NCBI RefSeq assembly: GCF_964355755.1
Contig: NC_092676.1
Location: 1,121,788-1,185,787 of the forward strand
Length of the DNA: 64,000 bases
Origin: Antedon mediterranea
Lineage: Eukaryota; Animalia; Echinodermata
Reading direction: 5' to 3'
In this document: positions 46,300-60,800 of the stretch, piece by piece
Layout: every line of letters begins with the position of its first letter
Position numbering within the stretch: position 1 is the stretch's first letter
The notes under the pieces: model-generated
The model's input: the letters and a program-made list of their open reading frames with translations, nothing else
Told to the model about the DNA's origin: nothing
Databases searched by the model: none
Made by a program: the position numbers and the translations under genes

Positions 46300-49200
46300 G
46301 CTTGTGTCAAGCTAGCCAACAATAAGCCAGCCAACAATAAGCCAGCCCACTTTTATTTTTTCCAGCCAACAATAACTATGAAACGCCGTTTGTGCATTCT
46401 TTACATTTTCATTGTTACTTATGGCTTTTATGGTATTAGGAATTAAATATTTGTGAGAAAAACGGCGGATTGTTCCTGGGATTCACTAGGTGGGATTATA
46501 CTAGGGTACCCCCTTAGTCGTCCAGTATAAGTTAGAATGGGACCAATGGTGCCGTTTACTCAGCCCTCATCTTTAAAATTTGAGTGTAACTCAATTACAA
46601 TTTTTAAAATATAGTTATATTTGAAACTGTATTTGTGAGAAAATGGCGGATTGTTCCTGGGAGTCACTTGGTGGGATTATACTAGGGTACCCCCTTAGTC
46701 GTCCAGTATAAGTTAGAGTGCGACCACTGGTCCCGTTTACTAAGCCCTCATCTTTAAAATTTGAGTGTAACTCAATTACAATTTTTAAAATATAGTTAAA
46801 TTTGAAACTGTATTGGTGAGAAAATGGCGGATTGTTCCTGGGAGTCACTTGGTGGGATTATACTAGGGTACCTCCTTAGTCGTACACTATAAGTTAGAGT
46901 GGGACCACTGGTACCGTTTTTACACAGCCCTCATCTTTTAAATTTGAGTGTAACTCATTTACGATTAAAAAAATATAGTGAAATTTGATACTGTATTTGT
47001 GAGAAAATGGCGGATTGTTCCTGGGAGTCACTTGGTGGGATTATACTAGGGTACCTCCTTAGTTGTCCAGTATAAGTTAGAGTGGGACCACTGGTTCCGT
47101 TTACTCAGCCCTCATCTTTAACATTTGAGTGTAACTCATTTACGACTTTAAAATATAGTGAAATTTGATACTGTATTTGTGAGAAAACGGCGGATTGTTC
47201 CTGAGAGTCACTTGGTGGGATTATACTAGGGTGCCTCCTTAGTCGTCCAGTATAAGTTAGAGTGGGACCACTGGTCCCGTTTACTCAGCCCTCATCTTTT
47301 AAATTTAAGTGTAACTCATTTACGATTTTAAAAATATAGTGAAATTAGATACTGTATTTTTGTGAGAAAACGGCGGATTGTTCCTGGGAGTCACATGGTG
47401 GCATTATACTAAGGTACGTCCTTAGTCGTCCAGTATAAGTTAGAGTGCGACCACTGGTTCCGTTTACTCAGCCCTCATCTTTTAAATTTGAGTGTAACTC
47501 AATTACGGTAAAAAAAGTTAAAATATAGTGAAAATTGATACTGTATTTGTGAGAAAATGGCGGATTGTTCCTTGGAGTCACTTGGTGGGATTATACTAGG
47601 GTACGTCCTTAGTTATCCAGTAGAAGTTAGAGTGGGACCACTGGTCCCGTTTACCCAGCCCTCATCTTTAACGTTTGAGTGTAACTCAATTACGATTAAT
47701 ATTTTAAAATATAGTGAAATTTGATACTGTATTTGTGAGAAAATGGCGGATTGTTCCCGAGAGTCACTTGGTGGGATTATACTAGGGTACCTCCTTAGTT
47801 GTCCAGTTTAAGTTAGAGTGGGACCACTGTTCCCGTTTACTCAGCCCTTATCTTTAAAATTTGAGTGTAACTCATTTACGATTAATATTTTAAAATATAG
47901 TGAAATTTGATACTGTATTTGTGAGAAAATGGCGGATTGTTCCTGAAAGCCACTTGGTGGGATTATACTAGGGTACCCCCTTAGTTGTGCAGTATAAGTT
48001 AGAGTGGGACCACTGGTCCCGTTTACTCAGCCCTCATCTTTAAAATTTGAGTGTAACTCATTTACGATTTTTAAAATATAGTAAAATTTGAAACTGTATT
48101 TGTGAGAAAACGGCGGATTGTTCCTGGGAGTCACATTGTGGCATTATACTAAGGTACGTCCTTAGTCGTCCAGTATAAGTTAGAGTGCGACCACTGGTTC
48201 CGTTTACTCAGCCCTCATCTTTTAAATTTGAGTGTAACTCAATTACGGTAAAAAATTTTAAAATATAGTGAAAATTGATACTGTATTTGTGAGAAAATGG
48301 CGGATTGTTCCTTGGAGTCACTTGGTGGGATTATACTAGGGTACCTCCTTAGTTGTCCAGTAGAGGTTAGAGTGGGACCACTGGTCCCGTTTACTCAGCC
48401 CTCATCTTTAACGTTTGAGTGTAACTCAATTACGATTAATATTTTAAAATATAGTGAAATTTCATACTGTATTTGTGAGAAAATGGCGGATTGTTCCTGG
48501 GAGCCACTTGGTGGGATTATACTAGGGTACCCCCTTAGTTGTGCAGTATAAGTTAGAGTGGGACCACTGGTCCCGTTTACTCAGCCCTCATCTTTAAAAT
48601 TTGAATGTAACTCATTTACGATTTTTAAAATATAGTAAAATTTGAAACTGTATTTGTGAGAAAACGGCGGATTGTTCCTGAGAGTCACTTGGTGGGATTA
48701 TACTAGGGTACCTCCTTAGTTGTCCAGTATAAGTTAGAGTGGGACCACTGGTCCCGTTTACTCAGCCCTCATCTTTAAAATTTGAGTGTAACTCATTTAC
48801 GATTTTTAAAATATAGTGAAATTTGATACTGTATTTGTGAGAAAACGGCGGATTGTTCCTTGGAGTCACTTGGTGGGATTATACTAGGGTACCTCCTTAG
48901 TTATCCAGTAGAAGTTAGAGTGGGACCACTGGTCCCGTTTACCCAGCCCTCATCTTTAACGTTTGAGTGTAACTCAATTACGATTAATATTTTAAAATAT
49001 AGTGAAATTTGATACTGTATTTGTGAGAAAATGGCGGATTGTTCCCGAGAGTCACTTGGTGGGATTATACTAGGGTACCTCCTTAGTTGTCCAGTTTAAG
49101 TTAGAGTGGGACCACTGTTCCCGTTTACTCAGCCCTTATCTTTAAAGTTTGAGTGTAACTCATTTACGATTAATATTTTAAAATATAGTGAAATTTGATA

Positions 49201-52200
49201 CTGTATTTGTGAGAAAATGGCGGATTGTTCCTGAGAGCCACTTGGTGGGATTATACTAGGGTACCCCCTTAGTTGTGCAGTATAAGTTAGAGTGGGACCA
49301 CTGGTCCCGTTTACTCAGCCCTCATCTTTAAAATTTGAGTGTAACTCATTTACGATTTTTAAAATATAGTAAAATTTGAAACTGTATTTGTGAGAAAACG
49401 GCGGATTGTTCCTGGGAGTCACATTGTGGCATTATACTAAGGTACGTCCTTAGTCGTCCAGTATAAGTTAGAGTGCGACCACTGGTTCCGTTTACTCAGC
49501 CCTCATCTTTTAAATTTGAGTGTAACTCAATTACGGTAAAAAATTTTAAAATATAGTGAAAATTGATACTGTATTTGTGAGAAAATGGCGGATTGTTCCT
49601 TGGAGTCACTTGGTGGGATTATACTAGGGTACCTCCTTAGTTGTCCAGTAGAGGTTAGAGTGGGACCACTGGTCCCGTTTACTCAGCCCTCATCTTTAAC
49701 GTTTGAGTGTAACTCAATTACGATTAATATTTTAAAATATAGTGAAATTTCATACTGTATTTGTGAGAAAATGGCGGATTGTTCCTGGGAGCCACTTGGT
49801 GGGATTATACTAGGGTACCCCCTTAGTTGTGCAGTATAAGTTAGAGTGGGACCACTGGTCCCGTTTACTCAGCCCTCATCTTTAAAATTTGAATGTAACT
49901 CATTTACGATTTTTAAAATATAGTAAAATTTGAAACTGTATTTGTGAGAAAACGGCGGATTGTTCCTGAGAGTCACTTGGTGGGATTATACTAGGGTACC
50001 TCCTTAGTTGTCCAGTATAAGTTAGAGTGGGACCACTGGTCCCGTTTACTCAGCCCTCATCTTTAAAATTTGAGTGTAACTCATTTACGATTTTTAAAAT
50101 ATAGTGAAATTTGATACTGTATTTGTGAGAAAACGGCGGATTGTTCCTGAAAGTCACTTGGTGGGATTATACTAGGGTACCCCCTTAGTCGTCCAGTATA
50201 AGTTAGAGTGGGACCACTGGTCCCGTTTACTGAGCCCTCATCTTTTAAATTTGAGTGTAACTCAATTACGGTAAAAAAATTTAAAATATAGTGAAAATTG
50301 ATACTGTATTTGTGAGAAAATGGCGGATTGTTCCTTGGAGTCACTTGGTGGGATTATACTAGGGTACCTCCTTAGTTGTCCAGTAGAAGTTAGAGTGGGA
50401 CCACTGGTCCCGTTTACCCAGCCCTCATCTTTAACGTTTGAGTGTAACTCAATTACGATTAATATTTTAAAATATAGTGAAATTTGATACTGTATTTGTG
50501 AGAAAATGGCGGATTGTTCCCGAGAGTCACTTGGTGGGATTATACTAGGGTACCTCCTTAGTTGTCCAGTTTAAGTTAGAGTGGGACCACTGTTCCCGTT
50601 TACTCAGCCCTTATCTTTAAAATTTGAGTGTAACTCATTTACGATTAATATTTTAAAATATAGTGAAATTTGATACTGTATTTGTGAGAAAATGGCGGAT
50701 TGTTCCTGAGAGCCACTTGGTGGGATTATACTAGGGTACCCCCTTAGTTGTGCAGTATAAGTTAGAGTGGGACCACTGGTCCCGTTTACTCAGCCCTCAT
50801 CTTTAAAATTTGAGTGTAACTCATTTACGATTTTTAAAATATAGTAAAATTTGAAACTGTATTTGTGAAAAAACGGCGGATTGTTCCTGGGAGTCACATT
50901 GTGGCATTATACTAAGGTACGTCCTTAGTCGTCCAGTATAAGTTAGAGTGCGACCACTGGTTCCGTTTACTCAGCCCTCATCTTTTAAATTTGAGTGTAA
51001 CTCAATTACGGTAAAAAAATTTAAAATATAGTGAAAATTGATACTGTATTTGTGAGAAAATGGCGGATTGTTCCTTGGAGTCACTTGGTGGGATTATACT
51101 AGGGTACCTCCTTAGTTGTCCAGTAAAGGTTAGAGTGGGACCACTGGTCCCGTTTACTCAGCCCTCATCTTTAACGTTTGAGTGTAACTCAATTACGATT
51201 AATATTTTAAAATATAGTGAAATTTCATACTGTATTTGTGAGAAAATGGCGGATTGTTCCTGGGAGCCACTTGGTGGGATTATACTAGGGTACCCCCTTA
51301 GTTGTGCAGTATAAGTTAGAGTGGGACCACTGGTCCCGTTTACTCAGCCCTCATCTTTAAAATTTGAATGTAACTCATTTACGATTTTTAAAATTTAGTA
51401 AAATTTGAAACTATATTTGTGAGAAAACGGCGGATTGTTCCTGAGAGTCACTTGGTGGGATTATACTAGGGTACCTCCTTAGTTGTCCAGTATAAGTTAG
51501 AGTGGGACCACTGGTCCCGTTTACTCAGCCCTCATCTTTAAAATTTGAGTGTAACTCATTTACGATTTTTAAAATATAGTAAAATTTGATACTGTATTTG
51601 TGAGAAAACGGCGGATTGTTCCTGAAAGTCACTTGGTGGGATTATACTAGGGTACCCCCTTAGTCGTCCAGTATAAGTTAGAGTGGGACCACTGGTCCCG
51701 TTTACTGAGCCCTCATCTTTTAAATTTGAGTGTAACTCATTTACGATTTTTAAAATATAGTAAAATTTGATACTGTATTTGTGAGAAAATGGCAGATTGT
51801 TCCTGGGAGCCACTTGGTGGGATTATACTAGCGTACCTCCTTAGTTGTCCAGTTTAAGTTAGAGTGGGACCACTGGTCCCGTTTACTCAACCCTTATCTT
51901 AAAAATTTGAGTGTAACTCAATTACGAATAATATTTTAAAATATAGTGAAATTTGATACTGTATTTGTGAGAAAATGGCGGATTGTTCCTGGGAGTCACT
52001 TGGTGGGATTATACTAGGGTACCCCCTTAGTCGTCCAGTATAAGTTAGAGTGCGACCAATGGTCCCGTTTACTCAGCCCTCATCTTTAAAATTTGAGTGT
52101 AACTCATTTACGATTTTTAAAATATAGTGAATTTTGAAACTGTATTTGTGAGAAAACGGCGGATTGTTCCTGAGATTCACTTGGTGGGATTATACTAGGG

Positions 52201-55200
52201 TACACCCTTAGTCGTCCAGTGTAAGTTATAGTGGAACCACTGGTCCCGTTTACTCAGCCCTCATCTTTAAAATTTGAGTGTGACTCATTTACGATTTAAA
52301 AAATATAGTGAAATTTGATACTTTATTTGTGAGAATCTGGCGGATTGTTCCTGGGAGTCACTTGGTGGGATTATACTAGGGTACCTCCTTAGTTGTCCAG
52401 TATAAGTTAGAGTGGGACCACTGGTCCCGTTTACTCAGCCCTCATCTTTAAAATTTGAGTGTAACTCATTTACGATTTTTAAAATATAGTGAAATTTGAT
52501 ACTGTATTTGTGAGAAAACGGCGGATTGTTCCTGAGAGTCACTTGGTGGGATTATACTAAAGTACCTCCTTAGTTGTCCAGTATAAGTTAGAGTTGGACC
52601 ACTGGTCCCGTTTACTCAGCCCTCATCTTTAAAATTTGAGTGTAACACATTTACGATTTTTAAAATATAGTGAAATTTGAAACTGTATTTGTGAAAAAAC
52701 GGCGGATTGTTCCTGAGAGTCACTTGGTGGGATTATACTAGGGTACCTCCTTGTTCGTCCAGTAAAGGTTAGAGTGGGACCACTGGTTCCGTTTACTCAG
52801 CCCTCATCTTTAAAATTTGAGTGTAACTCATTTACGATTTTTAAAATATAGTAAAATTTGAAACTGTATTTGTGAGAAAACGGCGGATTGTTCCTGGGAG
52901 TCACATTGTGGCATTATACTAAGGTACGTCCTTAGTCGTCCAGTATAAGTTAGAGTGCGACCACTGGTTCCGTTTACTCAGCCCTCATCTTTTAAATTTG
53001 AGTGTAACTCATTTACGATTTTTAAAATATAGTGAAATTTGTACCAGTGGTCCCACTCTAAACTATATTTTTAAAATCGTAAATGAGTTACACTCAAATT
53101 TTAAAGATGAGGGCTGAGTAAACGGGACCAGTGGTCCCACTCTAACTTATACTGGACGACTAAGGGGGTACCCTAGTATAATCCCACCAAGTGACTCCCA
53201 GGAACAATTCGCCATTTTCTCACAAATACAGTATCAATTTTCACTATATTTTAAAATGTTTATCGTAATTGAGTTACACTTAAATTAAAAGATGAGGGCT
53301 GAGTAAACGGAACCAGTGGTACCACTATAACTTTTACTGGACGACTAAGGAGGTACCCTAGTATAATCCCACCAAGTGACTCCCCGGAACAATCCGCCAT
53401 TTTCTCACAAATACAGTTTCAAATTTAACTATATTTTAAAAATTGTAATTGAGTTACACTCAAATTTTTAAGATGAGAAGGCTGAGTAAACGGAACCAGT
53501 GGTCCCACTCTAACTTATACTGGACAACTAAGGAGGTACCCTAGTATAATCCCACCAAGTGACTCCCAGGAACAATCCGCCATTTTCTCACAAATACAGT
53601 ATCAAATGTCACTATATTTTTTAAATCGTAAATGAGTTACACTCGAATTTAAAAGATGAGGGCTGAGTAAACGGGACCAGTGGTCCCACTCTAATTTATA
53701 CTGGACGACTAAGGAGGTACCTTAGTATAATCCCACCAAGTGACTCCCAGGAACAATCCGCCATTTTTTCACAAATACAGTATCAAATTTCACTATATTT
53801 TTTAAATCGTAAATGAGTTACACTCAAATTTAAAAGATGAGGGCTGAGTAAACGGTACCAGTGGTCCCACTCTAACTTATACTGTACGACTAAGGAGGCA
53901 CCCTAGTATAATCCCACCAAGTGACTGCCAGGAACAATCCGCCATTTTCTCACAAATACAGTATCAAATTTCACTATATTTTAAAATATTAATCGTAATT
54001 GAGTTACACTCAAATTTTAAAGATAAGTGCTGAGTAAACGGGACCAGTGGTCCCACTCTAACTTAAACTGGACAACTAAGGAGGTACCCTAGTATAATCC
54101 CCCACCAAGTGACTCCCGGGAACAATCCGCCATTTTCTCACAAATACAGTATCAAATTTCACTATATTTTAAAATATTAATCGTAATTGAGTTACACTCA
54201 AACGTTAAAGATGAGGGCTGAGTAAACGGAACCAGTGGTCCCACTCTAACTTCTACTGGACAACTAAGTAGGTACCCTAGTATAATCCCACCAAGTGACT
54301 CCCAGGAACAATCCGCCATTTTCTCACAAATACAGTATCAATTTTCACTATATTTTAAATATTTTTATCGTAATTGAGTTACACTCAAATTTAAAAGATG
54401 AGGGCTGAGTAAACGGGACCAGTGGTCGCACTCTAACTTATACTGGACGACTAAGGACGTACCTTAGTATAATCCCACCATGTGACTCCCAGGAAAAATC
54501 CGCCGTTTTCTCACAAATACAGTATCTAATTTCTCTATATTTTTAAAATCGTAAATGAGTTACACTCAAATTTATAAGATGAGGGCTGAGTAAACGGGAC
54601 CAGTGGTCCCACTCTAACTTATATTGGACGACTAAGGAGGCACCCTAGTATAATCCCACAAAGTGACTCTCAGGAACAATCCGCCGTTTTCTCACAAATA
54701 CAGTATCAAATTTCACTATATTTTAAAAGTCGTAAATGAGTTACACTCAAATTTAAAAGATGAGGGCTGAGTAAACGGGACCAGTGGTACCACTCTAACT
54801 TTTACTGGACGACTAAGGAGGTACCCTAGTATAATCCCACCAAGTGACTCTCAGGAACAATCCGCCGTTTTCTCACAAATACAGTATCAAATTTCACTAT
54901 ATTTTAAAAATCGTAAATGAGTTACACTCAAATTTTAAAGATTAGTGCTGAGTTAACGGGACCAGTGGTCCCACTCTAACTTATACTGGACAACTAAGGA
55001 GGTACTCTAGTATAATCCCACCAAGTGACTCCCAGGAACAATCCGCCATTTTCTCACAAATACAGTATCAAATTTCACTATATTTTTTAAATCGTAAATG
55101 AGTTACACTCAAATTTAAAAGATGAGGGCTGAGTAAACGGTACAAGTGGTCCCACTCTAACTTATACTGTACGACTAAGGAGGCACCCTAGTATAATCCC

Positions 55201-57403
55201 ACCAAGTGAATCTCAGGAACAATCCGCCGTTTTCTCCCTCACAACTACAGTTTCAAATTTCACTATATTTTAAAAATCGTAAATGAGTTACACTCAAATT
55301 TTAAAGATGAGGGCTGAGTAAACGGAAACAGTGGTCCCACTCTAACTTATACTGGACGACTAACGGGGTACCCTAGTATAATCCCACCAAGTGACTGCCA
55401 GGAACAATCCGCCATTTTCTCACAAATACAGTATCAAATTTCACTATATTTTAAAATATTAATCGTAATTGAGTTACACTCAAATTTTAAAGATAAGGGC
55501 TGAGTAAACGGGACCAGTGGTCCCACTCTAACTTAAACTGGACAACTAAGGAGGTACCCTAGTATAATCCCACCAAGTGACTCCCGGGAACAATCCGCCA
55601 TTTTCTCACAAATACAGTATCAAATTTCACTATATTTTAAAATATTAATCGTAATTGAGTTACACTCAAACGTTAAAGATGAGGGCTGAGTAAACGGGAC
55701 CAGTGGTCCCACTCTAACTTCTACTGGACAACTAAGGAGGTACCCTAGTATAATCCCACCAAGTGACTCCCAGGAACAATCCGCCATTTTCTCACAAATA
55801 CAGTATCAATTTTCACTATATTTTAAATATTTTTATCGTAATTGAGTTACACTCAAATTTAAAAGATGAGGGCTGAGTAAACGGAACCAGTGGTCCCACT
55901 CTAACTTATACTGGACAACTAAGGACGTACCTTAGTATAATCCCACCATGTGACTCCCAGGAAAAATCCGCCGTTTTCTCACAAATACAGTATCTAATTT
56001 CTCTATATTTTAAAAATCGTAAATGAGTTACACTCAAATTTAAAAGATGAGGGCTGAGTAAACGGGACCAGTGGTCCCACTCTAACTTATACTGGACGAC
56101 TAAGGAGGCACCCTAGTATAATCCCACCAAGTGACTCTCAGGAACAATCCGCCGTTTTCTCACAAATACAGTATCAAATTTCACTATATTTTAAAAATCG
56201 TAAATGAGTTACACTCAAATTTAAAAGATGAGGGCTGAGTAAACGGGACCAGTGATCCCACTCTAACTTATACTGGATGACTAATGGGGTACCCTAGTAT
56301 AATCCCACCAAGTGACTCTAAGGAACAATCCGCCGTTTTCTCACAAATACAGTATCAAATTTCACTATATTTTAAAAATCGTAAATGAGTTACACTCAAA
56401 TTTTAAAGATGAGGGCTGAGTAAACGGGACCAGTGGTCCCACTCTAACTTATACTGGACAACTAAGAAGGTACCCTAGTATAATCCCACAAAGTGACTCC
56501 CGGGAACAATCCGCCATTTTCTCACAAATACAGTATCAAATTTCACTATATTTTTTAAATCGTAAATGAGTTACACTCAAATTTAAAAGATGAGGGCTGA
56601 GTAAACGGTACCAGTGGTCCCACTCTAACTTATACTGTACGACTAAGGAGGTACCCTAGTATAATCCCACCAAGTGACTCCCAGGAACAATCCGCCATTT
56701 TCTCACCAATACAGTTTCAAATTTTACTATATTTAAAAAATTGTAATTGAGTTACACTCAAATTTTAAAGATGAGGGCTGAGTAAACGGGACCAGTGGTC
56801 GCACTCTAACTTATACTGGACGTCTAAGGGGGTACCCTAGTATAATCCCACCAAGTGACTCCCAGGAACAATCCGCCATTTTCTCACAAATACAGTTTCA
56901 AATTTAACTATATTTAAAAAATTGTAATTGAGTTACACTCAAATTTTAAAAATGAGGGCTGAGTAAACGGGACCAGTGGTCGCACTCTAACTTATACTGG
57001 ACGTCTAAGGGGGTACCCTAGTATAATCCCACCAAGTGACTCCCAGCAACAATCCGCCATTTTCTCACAAATACAGTTTCAAATTTAACTATATTTTAAA
57101 AATCGTAATTGAGTTACACTCAAATTTTAAAGATGAGGGCTGAGTAAACGGGACCAGTGGTCCCACTCTAACTTATACTGGACGACTAAGGGGGTACCCT
57201 AGTATAATCCCACCAAGTGAATCCCAGGAACAATCCGCCGTTTTTCTCACAAATATTTAATTCCTAATACCATAAAAGCCATAAGTAACAATGAAAATGT
57301 AAAGAATGCACAAACGGCGTTTCATAGTTATTGTTGGCTGGAAAAAATAAAAGTGGGCTGGCTTATTGTTGGCTGGCTTATTGTTGGCTAGCTTGACACA
57401 AGC
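46300..57403. mobile_element. Giant foldback element, copy 2 (11.1 kb)
   Basis: Same TIR as copy 1; perfect 9-bp TSD GCAAGTGTG (46291-46299, 57404-57412); ~36 forward monomers, switch at ~53041-53062, ~23 reverse monomers. Confidence 0.93.
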
Positions 57404-57879
57404 GCAAGTGTGGGTGTACATTCTCTTTTCTTTACCCCTAAAATTTTGACAGAAACAACACCTTTCTCTTTGGGATTTTCGAAGAAGTAAAGGGCTGCGG
57501 AATCGGGGTTAAACCGGAGAGAGTTTCTTATTTTGTAAGTAGACAATTAGTTCAAATTTATAGTACAGAAATTGTTATAAGGTACTGACGTTGAACTTTA
57601 GTTTTGTCAATAGTCGATGATGAGTAGGGTCTCTTCTTGTAGAATTACCCTATGCTTATTTTTGGTTTTGTGTACTGTTGTACATTGCACCTGACGTAGG
57701 TGTACTGTTAATACACTTTTGCACCTTCTGAAATTTGGTTCAATCCTGACCTCTGACTCTTACTAAGTAACTAAAGGTAATCTCACTTTTCATTCAGGAG
57801 GGGTGCGAAACAGCGCCCTTATTTTTAATATTATCCAGATTGGAATCTCAATTTTAGTTCTTTTACTTTTTCGAAGAAA

Positions 57880-60800
57880 ATGAGAAACATTGGACTGATA
57901 TCTCTAATTATATTCGTCACGTTCGTGAGTAAATCAACTGCCGAGTCGGAGCGGGTGTACCTAAACGAGTGGGCGGTGGAGGTGAAGGGGGGTGAGGGCG
58001 TTGCTCGCAGGGTGGCTGAGGAACATAACCTTCTATACGTAAGGAAGGTAAGTCTATACCTTAAGTATATACTAAAGTTAAGTCTTACAAATTCAATTCA
58101 ACAACTCAAAGTTACTCTTCTTTATTGCCTAGATTTAAGTATATAAACTGCCCCTTAATTATAAATCCATTAGAAAGCAAATAAATACTCATTGATTTGA
58201 GTTTTTTTTATAAAAAAAAAGGGGAGTAATTAAATACAATTTTAAACGAATAGCAGAAAAATGTTTTGGTTAGTATTGTACTATCTTGTGGTCCAGTCAT
58301 AAGTTTTAGAATATTTTTGTTCAACAATATTTAATCATTTAATTCAACCCAAAGAAAATGTTTCCGGTTTTCAGAAATTCTGGTATTGGGGAGTTGACTG
58401 TATAAGTGTTTAATTCAACAAAATAATGTATAAATTTAATTTAGTAATGATTTTTCAAATTTATCAACATTTTTCTTTCCATATGGTTAAAACTAGTGAC
58501 CCGTTGAGACATTTAGACATTTCTTTCATACCACTTTTAGCATCAATGAATAGCATTGTTGACATTGCTATTCACCCTTTGTATTTATTCACCCATGTCT
58601 ATTTAAACTATCTCCATCTCTACATACAATACTCAATCTACCTGTAGGAATTGAAAAGCTTCAATAAACCTCTTATGCAGTGCTAGACCAGCTTAATAAA
58701 TGACATCTCTCAATTTTTATCTAAGGTCATTGGTTTCAATTTAACAACCCTTGTTTATTTTGTCAACCTATATCCGGTAGTAATTTCTTAAATGTAAATA
58801 TAATGTGTTTGCTTATAAGATAATATTTTTCTGTTACAAACAGAAATCATCAACATGTCTGCTTTGCAATAAAACTTTAAAATTTGGGTTCTTTTTCTGA
58901 AATACCAAATGTTGTATTATTAGACTACTTTAAACAAAATACATATTTCATTATCAAGCAAGAAAACAACCACCACCATATTTCAGTAGGCCTATACATA
59001 ATACATATTATATAACACCTATATAAATTCCTGTCATTTGATTGGACGAATGTGGGTCACATGGCGTGCAATAGTACGCACTATTCAACGATCGTTAAAT
59101 AGTACTTTTTGAAACATTTTTGTGTACGAAAAAAAAACGTCTAGATGTTATATAAAACAAATAATGAATGTTTTGTATTCGTGTAATGGTACAAATAATG
59201 GCACTTGGTGAATGATGAAAGGTTATATCAACTCGGCTTTGCCTCGTTGATATAACCTTTCATCATTCACCTCGTGCCATTATTTGTACCATTGCACTCA
59301 TAAACATTCATTATTTGTATAATATAACATTCATATATTTCTTTCTCTACATAAATAATCTTTGTATTTAACAATAACATTTAAAAAATAAAATTACATT
59401 TTGTTTGAATCTTACATTTAAGGTTTCACTAAATTCACTCTTTAGGTACTAATTTCTAAGTTTATATTTTGGTTTGTTTCAGATTGGTTCTTTGAGAGAC
59501 AGATATCATTTTTCTCGCGGTGAGCAGATTGTTCGTTCAAAACGAGAAACTGGAGATGTAACGGAGAGACTGAAAGAAGATGAACGAGTAAGTGCGCCAG
59601 CGACACAATTGTTGTACTACATGTGTAGGTGTACTATATAATTAACTCAATTCACAAAGCAGCCACTAAAATGTCATTCAATGGAATACAGTAGAATCTC
59701 ATGTTATGATATATAAAGATTTAAGGCCTTATTGTTGTCTTGTAGGTGTTATGGGTGAGCCAGCAACCAGAGACAACATTAGGTAGACGCACACATAAAG
59801 CTGTTGCACCTGATGTCACGGGGGATGACTATGACATTAAGTTCAATGACCCTAGGTGGCCTAAACAGTGGTATCTGGTAAGTTATCATCTTTCTGTCAT
59901 ACTACGTTTAAAATTGATGAATGAAATTAGCGTAGATTTTAGCATGAACAATAACAACCGGGCGAAATAAGTTTCGCTCGTTTGTATAAAAGAAAAGTTT
60001 GTGCAGCTATGACATCAAGGGACAATTGAGCTCAGTTGTCAAGTCCTATTCTTCAAGGTAAATTAAAGTCCTATTCTTCAAGAAAAACTTCCTTAGAACA
60101 TTATTTAATTCACTTTATTCCAGATTTCACTCACCTATGAACAGTACAGACATGCTTGACCCATGGGACTCCAACAGCGAACTCAATCACTTAATAAATA
60201 TCCTTTGTTTTGCAGCATAATGATGGTCAACAAGGGGCAGTCCCTGGGATGGACATGAACCTAGTTCCGGCTTGGAAACTTGGATACACTGGCAAGGGAG
60301 TTGTAGTGACTGTAGTGGACGATGGTACGTAACATTCGTTTACAGCCTTGCTTCTATCTATACATCCCTTCAACGATCAATAATTAACTTTACCAAACCA
60401 GAAAACCTTGGGCTGGTGGCTACAATTTTTGGCTCTCTACCAAGTTTTTCTTTTTTTCAATTCAATTCAATTTATTCCGGATTGTACAAAACAAACAATA
60501 ACACATACATCACACATGCTAGACCCGGCGGACTCCTATACAGCGAACTCAATCGGTTCTGATGGGATGTCTCATCCAAATCTGGGCCTTTTGGAGAAAC
60601 CTTTGGAATTAGGAGAGTTTGACACAATATCTGTCTTATTGTCTTATATACCGCCTAGTACAAATGTTTCTGAATCTATCTAATAATGTTTTTAAAAAAC
60701 CGTAAATCTTTATTTGTGAAATTTATTTTTAGGTATGGACCATACACATCCTGATCTTTCTCCTAATTATGTAAGTTTAAATATAAAAAATTAACAAAAT

